Assembly (NCBI GenBank): GCA_951406725.2
Contig: OX597828.1
Coordinates: forward strand, 72,230,001-72,294,000
Direction: 5' to 3'
DNA: 64,000 nucleotides
From: Octopus vulgaris
Lineage: Eukaryota
Part shown: piece after piece, positions 40,345 through 56,235 of the stretch
Layout: every line of letters begins with the position of its first letter
Numbering within the stretch: position 1 is the stretch's first letter
The notes under the pieces: model-generated
What the model saw: only the letters and a program-made list of their open reading frames with translations
What the model was told of the DNA's origin: nothing
Database searches by the model: none
Program-made: the position numbers and the translations under genes

Positions 40345-40680
40345 GGTAAAGACTCTCTTTGGTCACAAATGACCAGAGGATTGGACCTAGAAAGTTACCC
40401 TCCGAGGCACAAGTCCAGGCAAGGTTGTTTATGGAAGACCAGCAGTCGCCCATGCATACCAGCCTCCCCTCTCCATGCCACTGATGTTATCCAAGAGAAT
40501 GGCAATGGTCAATAGAGCTTGGCACCAGTGACATTGCAACTCATTTCTACAGCTGAGTGAAGTGGAGCAATGTGAAATAAGATGTCTTACTCAAGAATAC
40601 AACATGCAGCCTGGTCCGGGAATCAAACTCACAACCTCACAATTGTAAGCATGACCCTTCTCTGAGCCATGCACCTTCAC
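40345..40680 (-). mobile_element. tRNA-derived SINE (family B-related), near full length
   Basis: gggaatcaaactc is a reverse B box; body matches the 23685 copy. Confidence 0.8.
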
Positions 40681-41030
40681 AATATGTATGTGTGTATATA
40701 TATATATATACATATGTTCCAGTATATATGTAATCCGTAATTGTTAGTCAGAGGAGAAAATATATTATTTTGTATTGCTGAAAAGTTTTTTGTTAGGACC
40801 ACCTTTTTTTTTTGGCTTAGCCAAGGTTGTTTCTGATAAGTCTTCAGCAAACTAAAATATATTCTCTGGGACTGGTGGTTATGCTTAAACATGCTGACAG
40901 ACACTCATAATTCTTATCTGGAGTTCTCTAATCTCAGTGGCCTGACCTTGTTCCTATGAAATTGTCACCCTCAAGAATATATTCCAATACACACACATAA
41001 ATATATTATAAATTATACATATAATGTATG

Positions 41031-41076
<46 letters not shown>

Positions 41077-44000
41077 TATACATATACATACATATACATA
41101 TATATACATACACACACTTATGTACATATATATATATACATATATACATACATACATACATACATATATATATATTTATACATACATACACACATGTATA
41201 TATATATATATATACACATAGGTGTCTCACAGATGTTTCTGTTCCACGGTCAACTGTTGGCGGTGACGCACTAAACTGTAGACTAGAAGAATTAGGTTGA
41301 ACCATGTTCGACATTCAGTTTGTCCAGCTGTTGTTTGTTTACAGAGAAACTGCTGAAAAGAAGAACCATTTCCTTGTCAAGTTCTGCGTCTTGTGTTCCT
41401 CCTGTTTTTATCCACCAGGGTTCATTAGCTTCCATATGGAATCATATGTCGTAGTATTCTGGAAATATTCTAAATATTTTTAACTAAATGATAATGTGAT
41501 GTTTAGTATGAAAGTAGTAACCAAATAACCATTTCTCCTTTTTGAATTTATTTAACAAGATGGCCACAGCATGTAGATGTTGACTCTTTCTTTGACTTCT
41601 AGGTTTCGGTGTCATTACTAGTATTTGTCAAATATTTTATATTTAACTGTCAAAGACTTCTAAAAACCCAAAATGATAATAATTATCATGGCTTGGATTT
41701 CTAACCACGAAGTCTTAAGCTGGACATGTCAGTACAAACATTCTTTAATTAGTTTGAATTAATTGATATCCACATTAACGGAATAGATCAAATGAATGAT
41801 GGTATTTACAGCCAATAAGTTATTCCTGATGTTGTTCTGCCCAAGACGTCTGACCAATATTTCGTTTGGTTTTAGCTTTATGAGAACAGCTGTTTACTTT
41901 AAAAGCAATCTATTTCAAATTTATCCAAAAACGATGGAATGACAGCAACTGCTAAGATATTTTTTTCTATATTTGTTGAAATCTCAATTTAACACAATCC
42001 AGTATTATTTCCTCTTAGCTCTAAAATGTGATGGATTAAAAAAACAAAACAAACCCAAAAACACTTGTTGGTTCTATTGATCTCTTTAACAATCAAATCC
42101 TATTTGTTAGCTTCACTGTGTGATTGATGAAGAACTCCTGTTGGGTCTATTGATTCTGTACTTTATTTCTAAAATATCACCATATTTGGTGCTGTGCTCT
42201 CCCAGGATGCAATACCAGGTGTTCTGCCTGAGACAGAAATCGTGCCAGACTAAATGAATACTTTGCAATATCTAGTTTGATCTTAGCAGGGTTCAGCTTT
42301 CATCTTGCCCCTGTTGGGTTGACAAATTATGTATGAAGCGCCACCAAGTGGTTTTTCTATTCTATAAATATTTAACTTTGTGCCAATAACAGAAATCAAT
42401 ATTATGAACAGAATTTTTAATTTCTAAGTCAAACAGAATAATATTTCAAGAGTTTATGGAAGAGAGGTGGGGGAACAGTTCTAGTATCTGAGGCAAATTG
42501 CCAGCACAGAAGAACCTGTTGTGAGGTAGAATCTGTACCAAGAAATTTTACAAATAATCCATAAAAATGTAACTTATATTAAATTATTGTTTTGGTGTTA
42601 GGGGTTAAAACCATTTTATTTTTCATATGGGTATTTTAGAGACTTTGTCAACAAGTGGTTTACAAGAGTGAATGCTAGTGAAATTTTGTCTGTGAGTAAG
42701 GGGTTCCTCACCCCAGAGACTCGAATAATGGTGATGTACAATAATGACTTGTTTGGATGGTTTTAGTGCAATGATTTATTTTCTAAATTTGGTCAAAAGG
42801 TGAATAGGAATTTGTCTTCAAGAGAAAACTGACAAACCATGTCTTTTAGGCAGTTCTGGTCACTCTCAGTGGTATTTTCTTCCTGAAATTGTATAAAACC
42901 TCTCTTCGCATACAAAATACAAAGATGCATTCGAATCTCCAAATTTGAATTCTATGATGAATTCTTCAAATAAATTTGTAATTGGTCAGTATTTTTTTTT
43001 TTTAATTAAGTGATTTGTCTTTAAAAAGTCATTCACACACACATACGCACTTATGTACACACACACTCTCTGTCTCTCTCTCCCTCACGCACGTCCAAAC
43101 TCTCAAACTACATACTCACAGAGTCTTAGTGTGTCTTCCTTATAATAATTGCAAAAATTCTCAGGCTTTAAGTCCAAAAATAGAATTATTCTATTGACCT
43201 CTTCAATACCTCATTGTCACAGCAGCAGCACCAGAATTGGACAAATTTGGGAGCTTGTAATGCTGGAATTCTTTATTAATGACACATACATTAATCATCT
43301 GTGATTCAAGAAATGAAGAGTCTTATTATTATTATTTCTTTGGAGAGATTAAAGAACATTCTCTCCAAACAATTACACTTCTACCTATATTGTATTATCT
43401 TTATATCTATATGAAATTCTATGGAGTCTAAGTTATATTTAATATATATATGAGCATATATATATATATAGATGTGTATATATATTTGTTTTGTTTACTG
43501 TTTGTATGTCTCATTGTTACTGCTGATGTCATTATGGTGTCTGTGGAATTAAGAACGTCTTTCAGGAAGACATTCTTCCTAAACAACTAAACAATGTCTT
43601 CTCCAAGCAGAAATCATTCTTCTGCTTACATCTAATAAAACAGCTACAGGGGCAATCCTTTATTTACATAAAGGATTCCTCTATAAATACATACGCACAC
43701 ACACACACATATAAACATAGTCATCTAAGAATCCGTAAGTCAGAAAAGATATGCACTTGTATATTTACCAAAGAATGGTTGTATTAAAGTGTATACTATT
43801 ATAGATCCATTATGGCAAAGCCTATCAATTGGTTTTATACTGGGTATTAAAACTGGATGTTAGATAACAGCATGGTTAAGTAATACCACATGCTCTTCAG
43901 AGCTGGCAGGTTTGGTAAAATATTGCAACTGCTCTCATTTATATATGTGTATATGTACTGTATCCACTTTATATCTTTGTTAGACGAGTGTTTTCACAGA

Positions 44001-45420
44001 CACCAAAATGGTACAACAAAAAATTCCAGTGACTGACATATTTTTATTGTTTTCACCATTCTTTTGGTTTGTATTGTGATCTTTGAAATTATTTCTTTGA
44101 TTAGAAATACACAATTTTTTTTTATTAATTTTTTTCCAACATTTTTTTTCCCCTTCTGAAGAAAATCTGCTGTATTTATTATTTGATAAACTCCAGATTA
44201 TTTTTTTTTAATCAAATACAATTTCATTAAAAACTGTAAAAAATTGGCATGATTCTTCAGAGGGGTAAAAGAAAAGTGTGTTTCCCTGTTATTTGCTCAT
44301 GATTGGTTTATTTTAATTATTGAAAATAATATTGTTTAATTATTGTGTTAAACAAGCCTGTTTATTTAAGATTTATTCCTGAAATATTTCAAACCCAAGA
44401 TTTTATGATTTGTGCAATAGAAAAATCAAAATTGATTATGTTTAATATATTCTTTATTCATCTAACTCAGACAAAAATGATTCTATATCTTCAATATACC
44501 ATGACCAAAGCTATGTATATATATATAATATATATACACTATACACGCACACACACGTGAATATAACAAATGTATAACACATAAATGTAGCTATTACTAT
44601 TATTTTTACAATGATATTTAATTTATTTGTCTTAAATATCCAGGTTTGCTTTTTGTTTTTCATTCTTCCTAGTTACCATCTTTGGTAACTTTACTCTGGT
44701 GATCTTCTTTGATCCATTTTGAGTTTTTCTTTTTTTTTTTTAAATTCAGAAATCCAAATTATAAGAAATCAGTTATAAAAAAATCTCAGACACTCTGTTC
44801 TGACTGGATTTTCAGATTTTGGTGAAAATATATTCCTATAGGTTTAATGATAGCCACAACGAGTCTCTCCTATAATTATTGGCCGGTCAGTGTTTTTCTA
44901 ATTAATTAAAATTATTTGTCAAATTTTTTTTTTTTTTGGAGACATTCCAAATACAAAGTGACATTAAAAGATGAAAGAGTATTGGTTGGTCAGTTGGTAA
45001 AGAAACCAGTATTATTATTATCTATTGATGAAGACAGACTTAGCGAGTTAATGGTTAATGACAGGAATAAATGTGGATTATCAATTGGTAATTACCAATA
45101 TAGTGTAGACTGAGAATTGTGTTCTCATGAAGATTTGATTGAACTGTGATGAGTATTGACTTTTAATCATTATAAATGTTTATTTTGTGCATTTGTATTG
45201 AGACCAGTGTCCTGTCTAGAGGTATATATAAAGACCACTGTCTCATCTTGTGGTATAGTGTCCCATCTCGTGGTAGAGAAGATACTTATGGAGTATAGCA
45301 GGTGTTATGTTACTGGAAGGGTCAAATTATTTAGTTCTCACACAGGCAAGCACATAAGTGCAATAGTTTGTGCTTGGATCTAAGAGGTGTGTGTGTGTGT
45401 ATAAGTGTGTATAAATTGTT

Positions 45421-45605
45421 TGAAGTGGTGTACAGATTTTATATTTTAAGAAAAAGGAGGTAGTCAGAATTTTGGATAATTATTCATCTGATATTTTCAT
45501 CTCGTTTCAGAGATTCACCAGGTATAGGAATATCTGAAATGAGACGGAAGTGCTAAGTAAATAATTATCCAAAATTCCGACTATCTCTTTTTTTTTTTTA
45601 ATATA
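45421..45605. repeat. Foldback element with mutated hammerhead core
   Basis: tagtcagaattttggataattatt / aataattatccaaaattccgacta arms; minus strand CUGGUGA AUCUC-ugaaac-GAGAU GAAA. Confidence 0.85.
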
Positions 45606-45631
45606 CATAAATAGATACCTATACATATATA

Positions 45632-45850
45632 CAGGTTGTCCATAAATTACCATTATAATTTGAAAAATTCAGAAAAAGAAAAACAAGGATTAGCCAGCAG
45701 AGTTTACTGGGAAACGTAAGCAAACAACTAAAGTTTTTATTAGTGACATCAGAACAGTTCTCATGGGCTCTCTTGGTTCTACACAACATTTTGAGTTATC
45801 TTTTTTTTTTTCTGAACTTTTCAAATTGTAAAGGTAATTTATGGACACAC
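45632..45850. mobile_element. Tc1/mariner-type MITE
   Basis: TA-CAGGTTGTCCATAAATTACC..TTTGAAAA.TTCAGAAAAA ... TTTTTCTGAA.TTTTCAAA..GGTAATTTATGGACA. Confidence 0.8.
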
Positions 45851-45851
45851 A

Positions 45852-45904
<53 letters not shown>

Positions 45905-47369
45905 TATGCAAGTCCAATATTTTGTGTATGGATGCAATAGGTGTGTGTGTGTGTGTGTGTAGAATTTTAATAATTTAAAATAAACTACCTCTGGTAATTA
46001 TCTACCTTTCTGATCCACTTCCGAGTTTCTACCTGTCATAGAATAGTTACAGTATTCTCTCTCTCTTTCTCCTTTCTCCTCCTCCTTAACTAGCCCTTGG
46101 CTCTCTAAGATCACCTCTCTCTTTTTCTCTCTGTGGCTCTATCTTGATCAATTTCTTCCTCTGGCCCCTCTCTCAGTTAAGGACTCTGAGATCCTCTCTA
46201 GTTATCTTCTTCTACCATTGTTCCATATATATATATATATGATGTGTCCCCTTCTGTGGCCCTTTATATATTTTTTAGTTTTTATTTTTTTGTTATTTAT
46301 TCACCCTTTTATCCTGATCCAGTTTTTACATGTTTTTCATCTTTGTGAATGAAAGTTGTTATCTTTTCTGAAACTTTTTTCGACATTAAAAAAACAAAAA
46401 CGAAAACAAAAAAAAAAAAATAATAATAAAAACCATGTCAAATCCAAAGCGTCACAAATTGGTAAATGGTACCGACCATTTTCTAATGAGACTCCAGCCT
46501 CAATGTTTAGCGGCACAATACACAAGAATGGAAGAATTATTTTCAACCAAAGAAACATCTTCAGTCGCTGGAGGAACCCTCCCCCACACCAAAAAAAAAA
46601 CCAAACAAACAAAAAGAAAAAGAAAACTCCAAAATGTCCTAAAAGTTAAAGAATTTGTTTACTGTTTTGTTTTAACTTAATTATGAAAATAGTCTATTTA
46701 GATTTTAAATATTCCAACAGAAAAAATTTTCCAAAAAAAAAAAAAAAAGAAAATCCAAAAACTATACCAAAAAAATCCCAAGAAATTCTATGATCATCTC
46801 AGTTTTTTTTTTCTTTTCCATAAATTTTCCAAAAATTTTGTTGTTGTTATTGTTGTTGTTTGTTGTTAATATTATTATTATTAACATAATTATTAACATT
46901 ATTATTACTACTACTACTACTACTATTACTACTACTTTTTCTTTTAATTTATTACTAAATATTTCATTCTTAATGCTGTATAGACAGTTCAGATGTGAAC
47001 TTTTGAACATTTATCTGATCAGTGAAAACGGTTTTTCATTTTTTGTGTTAAATGGTGATATATTTTTCATAATTGTACTTTCTAGATGTTTGCGATGAAT
47101 TCTTTGAAATTCTGTGTTTATTTCTTTTGGAAACTGAGTTGATCATTGTTTTACCAAAATGGCTGAGATGTTACAAGAAATATCACAAAACAATTATTAT
47201 TACTATTTCATCGTTAATTTCTGTCCATCTTTTTCATTCTTCCCCCCAACCCCCACCCATTCGCTACCTTCTCCTTTTACAAAATTATTCTCGGAGTCTA
47301 AATATTTATTATGCTTTCCATCTCCATTGGTATTTTTTTTAATTATTATTATTATTATTATTATTCACA

Positions 47370-48391
47370 GCATTTCATCCGTCTTTATAGTCCAAGTTCC
47401 ACTAAGATCAGCTTTGCCTTTCATCTTCTCGGCATTGATAAAATACATACCAGTTGTGCACTGGGGTTGATGTGATCTACTAGCCCCGACCCTTGAAAGT
47501 TTCAGGCTTGGTGCCTATCGTAAGAAGGATCATTATTATCCTTGTTATTATTATTATTATTATTATGAAGGCAGTGAGCTGACAGAACTGATATCATATG
47601 ACAAAATGCTTAGTAGAATTTCTTCTTCTTGTCATTCTCAGTTCAAATTCCACCGTTCCACTGAGGTCACCTTGGCCTTTTCATCCTTTTAGGGTTAATA
47701 CAATAAGAACCAGTTGAGCCCTGGGTCAATATCCCTGATTTCCCCTTACTCTCAAAATTGTTAGCCTTGTGAGAAAAGGATTATTACTGAAAGGAAAAAC
47801 CATTTTTATTTCATTTTTCTTATATTTATTTATTTTTAGATGATGATGATGATAATAATAATAATAATGATAATTATTATTATTATTATTATCATCAAGA
47901 AAGTGGCCAGCTAGCAGAATCACGAGAGTGTCAAACAAAATGCTGAATGGCATTTCTCCCAGCTCTTCGTGTTCTGAGTTCAAATTCCAGTGGGGGTCAG
48001 CTTTACTGTTCATCATTTCAGGATCAAAAAAATAAACCCCGGCTGAGTGCTGGGGGTCAATATAATTGACTCGCTCCCTCCTCTAAAACTCCTGGCATTG
48101 TGCCAAAATACTGAAGCTATTACTGTTGTTATTAAAGCAATGGGCCGGTGGAATTGTTTCCATTTCGGACAAATTGTTCAGCAGAATTTCTTTGAGTTTT
48201 CTATGTCCAGAGTTAAGATCCCACCATGATCAACATTGTCTTTCATTCTTTTGGTGGTGATGATGATGGGGGAGGGCACAGCAGTCAATAAAATATGTAC
48301 CAGTTATATGCTGGAGTCCATGTAAATGACAAACCCATTCCCCTAAAAATTACTAGCTTTGTGCCAATATTTCAAATTATTATTATTATTA

Positions 48392-48440
<49 letters not shown>

Positions 48441-48660
48441 GGTAGTGAGCTGTCAGAATCGTTAGCACACTGACTGAAATGCTTAGTGGTATTTCATCTG
48501 TCGCTACATTCTGAGTTCAAGTTCTGCTGAGGTCGACTTTGCCTTTCATTCTCTCAGAGTTGATAAATTAAGTACCAGTTGTATACTGGGGATCAATGTA
48601 ATCAGCTAGTCCCCTTCCCCCAAATTTCAGGCCTTGTGCCTCTAGTAGAAAGGGTTGTTA
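47370..48660 (+). mobile_element. Cluster of five head-to-tail SINE family D copies separated by (TTA)n
   Basis: Repeated gagttcaaattcc..gaggtc.actttgcctttcat..gataaa..agtaccagttg..ctgggg blocks at ~47370, 47570, 47900, 48135 and 48440. Confidence 0.85.
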
Positions 48661-49102
48661 TTATTATTATTATTGATGCCCAATAATAATAATAATCTCT
48701 CTTCAACATTCTCAGTAAACTACCCTATACAATAAGGTTAGCTTATTCCAACTTTGTTACCTTATATGCACCAATGATATTTGCCTATAGTCTACCTCTG
48801 GTATGTTAACGGTGATTATAGCAATAACCTGGGTCTCACAATGATTAATTATAAACTTAACGACTTTAGAAAACGAACCAACAAAACTGAACATGGAGAA
48901 TCTTGAGAGTAAACAAAGACTGTTTTAGCTGGATTGTATGACCCTGGGGAGAAGCCAGGTCCTGGGCCCGAGACATGTTGGATCATTAAAATTGTAAAGC
49001 CCTCAGTCAAGTGCCCAGTGTGGTCCTAGATTAAAATGGGTCTGCGTGGGGACTATGATTGCCAAAGTAGGTCTTCCTCAGATGTGAGCAGGGTGATGGT
49101 AG

Positions 49103-49290
49103 GACTAAAGACATTGGTAGAATAATGACAAATGAGAAGGCCATGGGTGGAATGTCAGATGACTAATGATATTAAAGGAATTATGTCGGATGACTGAAGA
49201 CATTGGTGGAATGATGCCGAATGACTAAAACTTAGAAGAATGACCTCAGGTGACTAAAGCCATTGGTGGAATAATGATTGATGACTAATA
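49103..49290. repeat. Diverged ~31-bp minisatellite, about 6 units
   Basis: Units resemble gactaaagacattggtggaataatgNNgat. Confidence 0.8.
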
Positions 49291-49872
49291 CAAAACAATG
49301 ATGTTATAAGGTTTCAAAAGCCGATTGAAGTGGGGTGGACCAGGACCTTTTTATTTTCTATTCTTCATTTCCCCCTTCATCATCTCATCTGTATATTTTT
49401 TAATTTTTCACCCAATTAATTACTTCAGTTAATTATAAGCAAATATCTAATTCCAGTCATTTCATTGTCCATTCTCTTCTTCTCTCTCTCTCTCTTTTCA
49501 CCATCCTTGCTCTCTATTAATTAACCAAACAATAGTAATTAAATGGTAATTAAATAGTAATTAATAATGCCAACAGCTCGGCCATTTTGGTAGTAGTTTT
49601 TTTTTTATATTAAAAAAAAAATACATACCTCCCTCATTAAAAAAAAAACAAAACAAAAAAAAACCCTGTTTATTATTGTGTTAGATTGTTTCCCTAAATC
49701 GGTGATATCTGTTGTTGAATGGAACCAGACTTCTTTTCAGTAGTGTGTGTGTCTTGGAACGCAGTGGCGCCGGATTCTTAACAATTCCATTTCTTTTGGC
49801 AGGGAAAAAGTACGGTTATTTTTGATATGTTTCAGGTAGTTCTATGATAGATAAGAGAGTAATATATGTGTA

Positions 49873-49909
<37 letters not shown>

Positions 49910-50088
49910 GTATGTATATATAATATATATAATATATATATATGTGTATAAATATCTATTATACATATATATATATATATATTATACATATATATATATG
50001 TGTATACATATCTATTATACATATATGTACAGGTATATATGTATATAAATATATACACACATGTATGTACAAGTACATGAATATATAC

Positions 50089-50128
<40 letters not shown>

Positions 50129-51100
50129 TATATATATATCATAAGAATATATTTAGGATGAGCAGCAATTTTTCCATACTGTAAACCTGTCCAAACTGGC
50201 CATTAAAATTGTAATAAGACAGTGAACTGCCAGAGTTGGTGGAGCATCAGATAAAATATCATGCTGGGTTTTGAGTTCAAATCTTGCCAAGGCCAGCTTT
50301 GTCTTATATTCTTCAAGGGTCCATTAAAAAAAGTAGGAACCCAGGGCAGTTAAAGGATCATGTCTGTGGGGGATGGTACCTTGTGGTAATTGTTCCACCC
50401 CTTTGTGTTCTGACAGCAATGTCTGTGACTGCATTGGTGCCAAGATGCATCAATACAAATTGGTGGCCACATCCTTGGATGGACACCAGGAGCATGAATG
50501 GGAGAGACTTGTATATACGGACAACTGCCAGTCTTTGTCCAAGCACCTTGCTCTGACCAGCAACATCTATATGTTGAGGAAGGGTCATTGTTGACCAGAG
50601 TGGGTGCCCCCTACATCGTTCATTAATTATGCACATGATACTAATTAATTGTGCTTGATATTAACATCTGCATAAATTTGGGTTTAAAGTATGTATTTGT
50701 TGTAGTTGTTGTTTTTGTTGTTGTTGCTGCTGCTTAGATTCTGGGGTAGGGTACATCCAAGTTTAGATGCAAATCAACTACAGTGCCAACTAATTTACCA
50801 CTTTTTGAGATTTGACCAGAGTATCCAGAGTAAGTAATGGGGTGGAGTGGGTGGGAGTGGAGGGTAGCTGTGAAATATATACACATTGTTAACTGGTCGT
50901 TTCTTATAATTAAGACAAACTAATTGAACTAATGAGATCAGTTATTAATATAATTTCATGCTCAGATCTTCTAAGAATCTTAGTGTGTGTGTATATATAT
51001 ATATATTTATATTTACACACTAGATGATTTGTATGTATGTATATATGTATATGCATACATATACACACCAGATAATGTGTTTGCATGTATGTTTTATAAG

Positions 51101-51131
<31 letters not shown>

Positions 51132-52117
51132 GAGAAATAGAATGTGTATATTGTAAATGCTAGGCATAACAGGTTTGGATTAAAATTCTAAAGACAATTG
51201 AAATATTCTACAAACTCTCTCCTTTTTTCTTTCAAAGCAAAAGCTGTAAGAAAAGAAGAGGAAATGGAGGGAAGGGCTGAAAAGGGGTTTCCTCTCAATC
51301 CATTGGGAACCATTCTCAACTGCCCCGCCCCCCTCCCACTCTCATCTGAATTCTTCAGCAGTGTTTTTATTTTTTTTCCATTTTTTTTTTTCCCTTTTTA
51401 GTTACTAGGGCTTCTTAGTATCTCATCAGTTATTTAATTAGCATGGGTTAATTAGCGAACTAGGAAGAATCCAGCCAATCACTGGCGTTTTCCATGACGC
51501 ATCCATGTTTTGTGCCACTCACATCTTCATCCGCATCTCTCGACACTCACCCTCACTCTCTCCCACTCGCTCCTCCATCCCCCAACCCCACCACCCCCAA
51601 CCTTCACACAACCTGTCGTGGGGGTGGGGGTGACACAGAGGATGGGGGTAGGGTTTTTAGAAAAAAAAACCCCACAAAACACAAAACACCAACTTAATTT
51701 CCAGAACCACATTATATTTCCATCTCTCATATTGTTATAATCACAATGTGCTGACTGGAGCTGCGGTTGGTACTACTACTAATACTACTACTACCACTAC
51801 TACTACTACTACTGCCCCTCATTATTATATTCTGTGACATTTTGTGTAATGAACCTCTCCCCACCTCTTTCACCCACCATTCCTTCTTGGTATTCCAAAG
51901 ACAGGACTGTAATCACATGGACTTAACACAATCGGGCAAGCCAGACCAGATCTGGACACCACTACAAAATTTGGCCTTACAATGTTTGGTGTGTCGGTCA
52001 TTTGTAGACTGTCCCTCCAAGAAAAAAAAAAACCTCGGCTGCCCTGTCACTGTGTATGTTCAACTCAGGTCTATATATATATGTATATATATATATAGAC
52101 ACACACATATCTATATG

Positions 52118-52148
<31 letters not shown>

Positions 52149-52552
52149 GTATATATATATTTATGTAAGCCTGTATATACTTGGGTTGACATGCACTGTC
52201 TCAAGTTGTCTTTATTTCTAACGTTCACCACCACTACTACTACTATTACTACTACTACTACAACTACTACTACTACAACTACTTCTACAGACAACGCCCC
52301 TAACCCAGTCTTCAGCATGATTGTGATGGTGTGGAACAAACAGAACTAATAATTAACGAAGTGTTTCTCAATTAATAAACGTTGTAACTTAATTGTGTTT
52401 CTCTCGCTTTCATTATTTTTATTCATTAACTCTTATTTGTATTGTTTTCTTTTTTTTTCAGCAATTAAATTAACATCTGGGCCCAAAGACACACAGACAT
52501 AGAAATATGTTCATTCCATTCTTTCGTATGAATTTGTACCAACTTATAAGCA

Positions 52553-52596
<44 letters not shown>

Positions 52597-52743
52597 ATAC
52601 AACAATCTTCTTCAGTTTGTCAAATCACCCCAGAGGGCATTTGTTGGCTTTGTGACATATATACGTGACACTTACTCCAGGTGCCATGGTCTAGGACTGA
52701 ACCTGAAACCCTGGAGCTGTAAGAACTCAGCAAAGCTAAATTA

Positions 52744-54152
<1,409 letters not shown>

Positions 54153-55508
54153 AGGTACGTGCCATCAGTAATTATTCAGAGTTGACAGTTGGTGACGTTT
54201 ATGTAGTAAAGAAATAAGCAAAACACAGGTGTGTGACTGAGTTGAAGGCAGATTTACTTCTGCCTTTATAAAATGTAAAGAAAACATTGTTGTAGGAGTG
54301 TACGCAGCATGTGTATTACAGCAGTTCTATGCATAGCTTTAATACTGAGATTGAAAGGCAGGGGTGAATTATGCCTACCTAATCTACAAAAAACTGAAAT
54401 ATTTTGTATTTTATGCATAATAACCAGAGTAACCTTCATAATTTTTTTGAATTAGGTGCAGATTTTGCCATAAAAGGAAACTGTTGCTATCGATCTATTT
54501 TATTCAAGGTAGGCACTGCCTGCCTTGCCTACCTCGGTGGCGCATCCCTGATATTTATAGGCGCAGGCATGGTTGTGTGGTAAGAAGCTTGCCTTCCCAT
54601 TTCATGGTTCTGGGTTCAGTCCCACTGCATGGAACCTTAGTCTCGGGCCAACCAAAGCTTTGTGAGTGGATTTGATAGATGGTAATTGTAAGAAACCTAT
54701 CATATATGTGTCTGTGTGTCTTTGTGCCTGTGTTTATCCCTTGCCACTGCTTGACAACCGATGTTGGTGTGTTTATGTCCTCATAACTTAGCTTTTCTGC
54801 AAAAGTGGCTGATAGAACAAGTTCCAGGGTTAATCATTCGATTAAAATTCTTCAAGTTGGTGCCCCAGCATGGCCACACTCTAATGACTGAAACAAGTAA
54901 ATAATAACAAGATAGATGTGCGTGTGTGTGTGTGTATGTATCTATAGACATATATGTTATATATATATGTATGTATATATAAATCTATATTAATGTGTGT
55001 ATATATATATATATCATCATCATCATTGTTTAAGCGTCCGTTTTCCATGCTAGCATGGGTTGGATGGTTCAGCTGGGGTCTGGGAAGCCAGAAGGCTGCA
55101 CCAGGCCCAGTTTGATCTGGCAATGTTTCTACGGCTGGATGCCCTTCCTAACACCAACCACTCCATGAGTGTAGTGGGTGCTTTTTACGTGCCACCGGCA
55201 CAGGTGCCAGACGAGGCTGGCAATGGCCACAGTCGGATTGGTGTATTTTATGTGCCACCGGCACGGAAGCCAGTCGAGGCGGCGCTGGCATTGGCCACGA
55301 GACGGATAGTGCTTTTTACGTACCACCAGACGAGGGATCCTGGCTGGTTCTATTCGATTTTGATTTCGCTTTCGCTTGCCCCAACATGTCTTCGCAAGCA
55401 AAGGGGGTTGGCATGGGTGCCTGTCGTCGGATGAGGTTCTATATCGACTTCGCTTGCCTCAACAGGTCTTTGTGTCCAAGAGAGGAAAGGCATTCATAAG
55501 TGGGCTGG
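54153..55508 (+). repeat. Tandem duplication, copy 1 (MITE-like element + SINE A + SINE C)
   Basis: Starts aggtacgtgccatcagtaattattcagag; collinear with 56236-57572. Confidence 0.93.
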
Positions 55509-55543
55509 GCTCACTTGTCCTGCCTGGTCTTCTCACGTACAGC

Positions 55544-55582
55544 ATATATATATATATATATATATCTCATATTATATGTATA

Positions 55583-55640
<58 letters not shown>

Positions 55641-56051
55641 CATATATACATATATATATATACATACATATATATATATATATATACATACATATATATA
55701 TATATATAACATATATATATATATATATATAATACATATAATATATATATACATACATACATCTATATATATATAGATATATATATACATAGATATATCT
55801 ATATATATATACATATATATATATACACATATATACATATACATACATATTATACAATACATACATATATATGTATATATATATGTATGTATGTATATAT
55901 ATATGTATGTATGCATATATATGTATGTATGTATATATATATGTATCTGTGTATATATGTATGTATATATGTATGTATATATATGTATGTGTATATATAT
56001 ATATATGTATGTATGTATATATGTATATATGTATATATATATATATATATG

Positions 56052-56100
<49 letters not shown>

Positions 56101-56105
56101 GTATG

Positions 56106-56152
<47 letters not shown>

Positions 56153-56234
56153 GTATGTATATATATATGTATATATGTATGTATATATATATATATACAT
56201 ACATATATATATACATACATATATATATATATAT
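55544..56234. repeat. (TA)n/(TATG)n microsatellite between the duplicates
   Basis: Directly visible. Confidence 0.97.
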
Positions 56235-56235
56235 C

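Noticed and set aside
55180-55330. Spaced ggtgctttttacgtgccacc repeats resembling a CRISPR array
   Set aside because: Internal tandem repeats of SINE family C in a eukaryotic genome; the spacers are homologous to each other.
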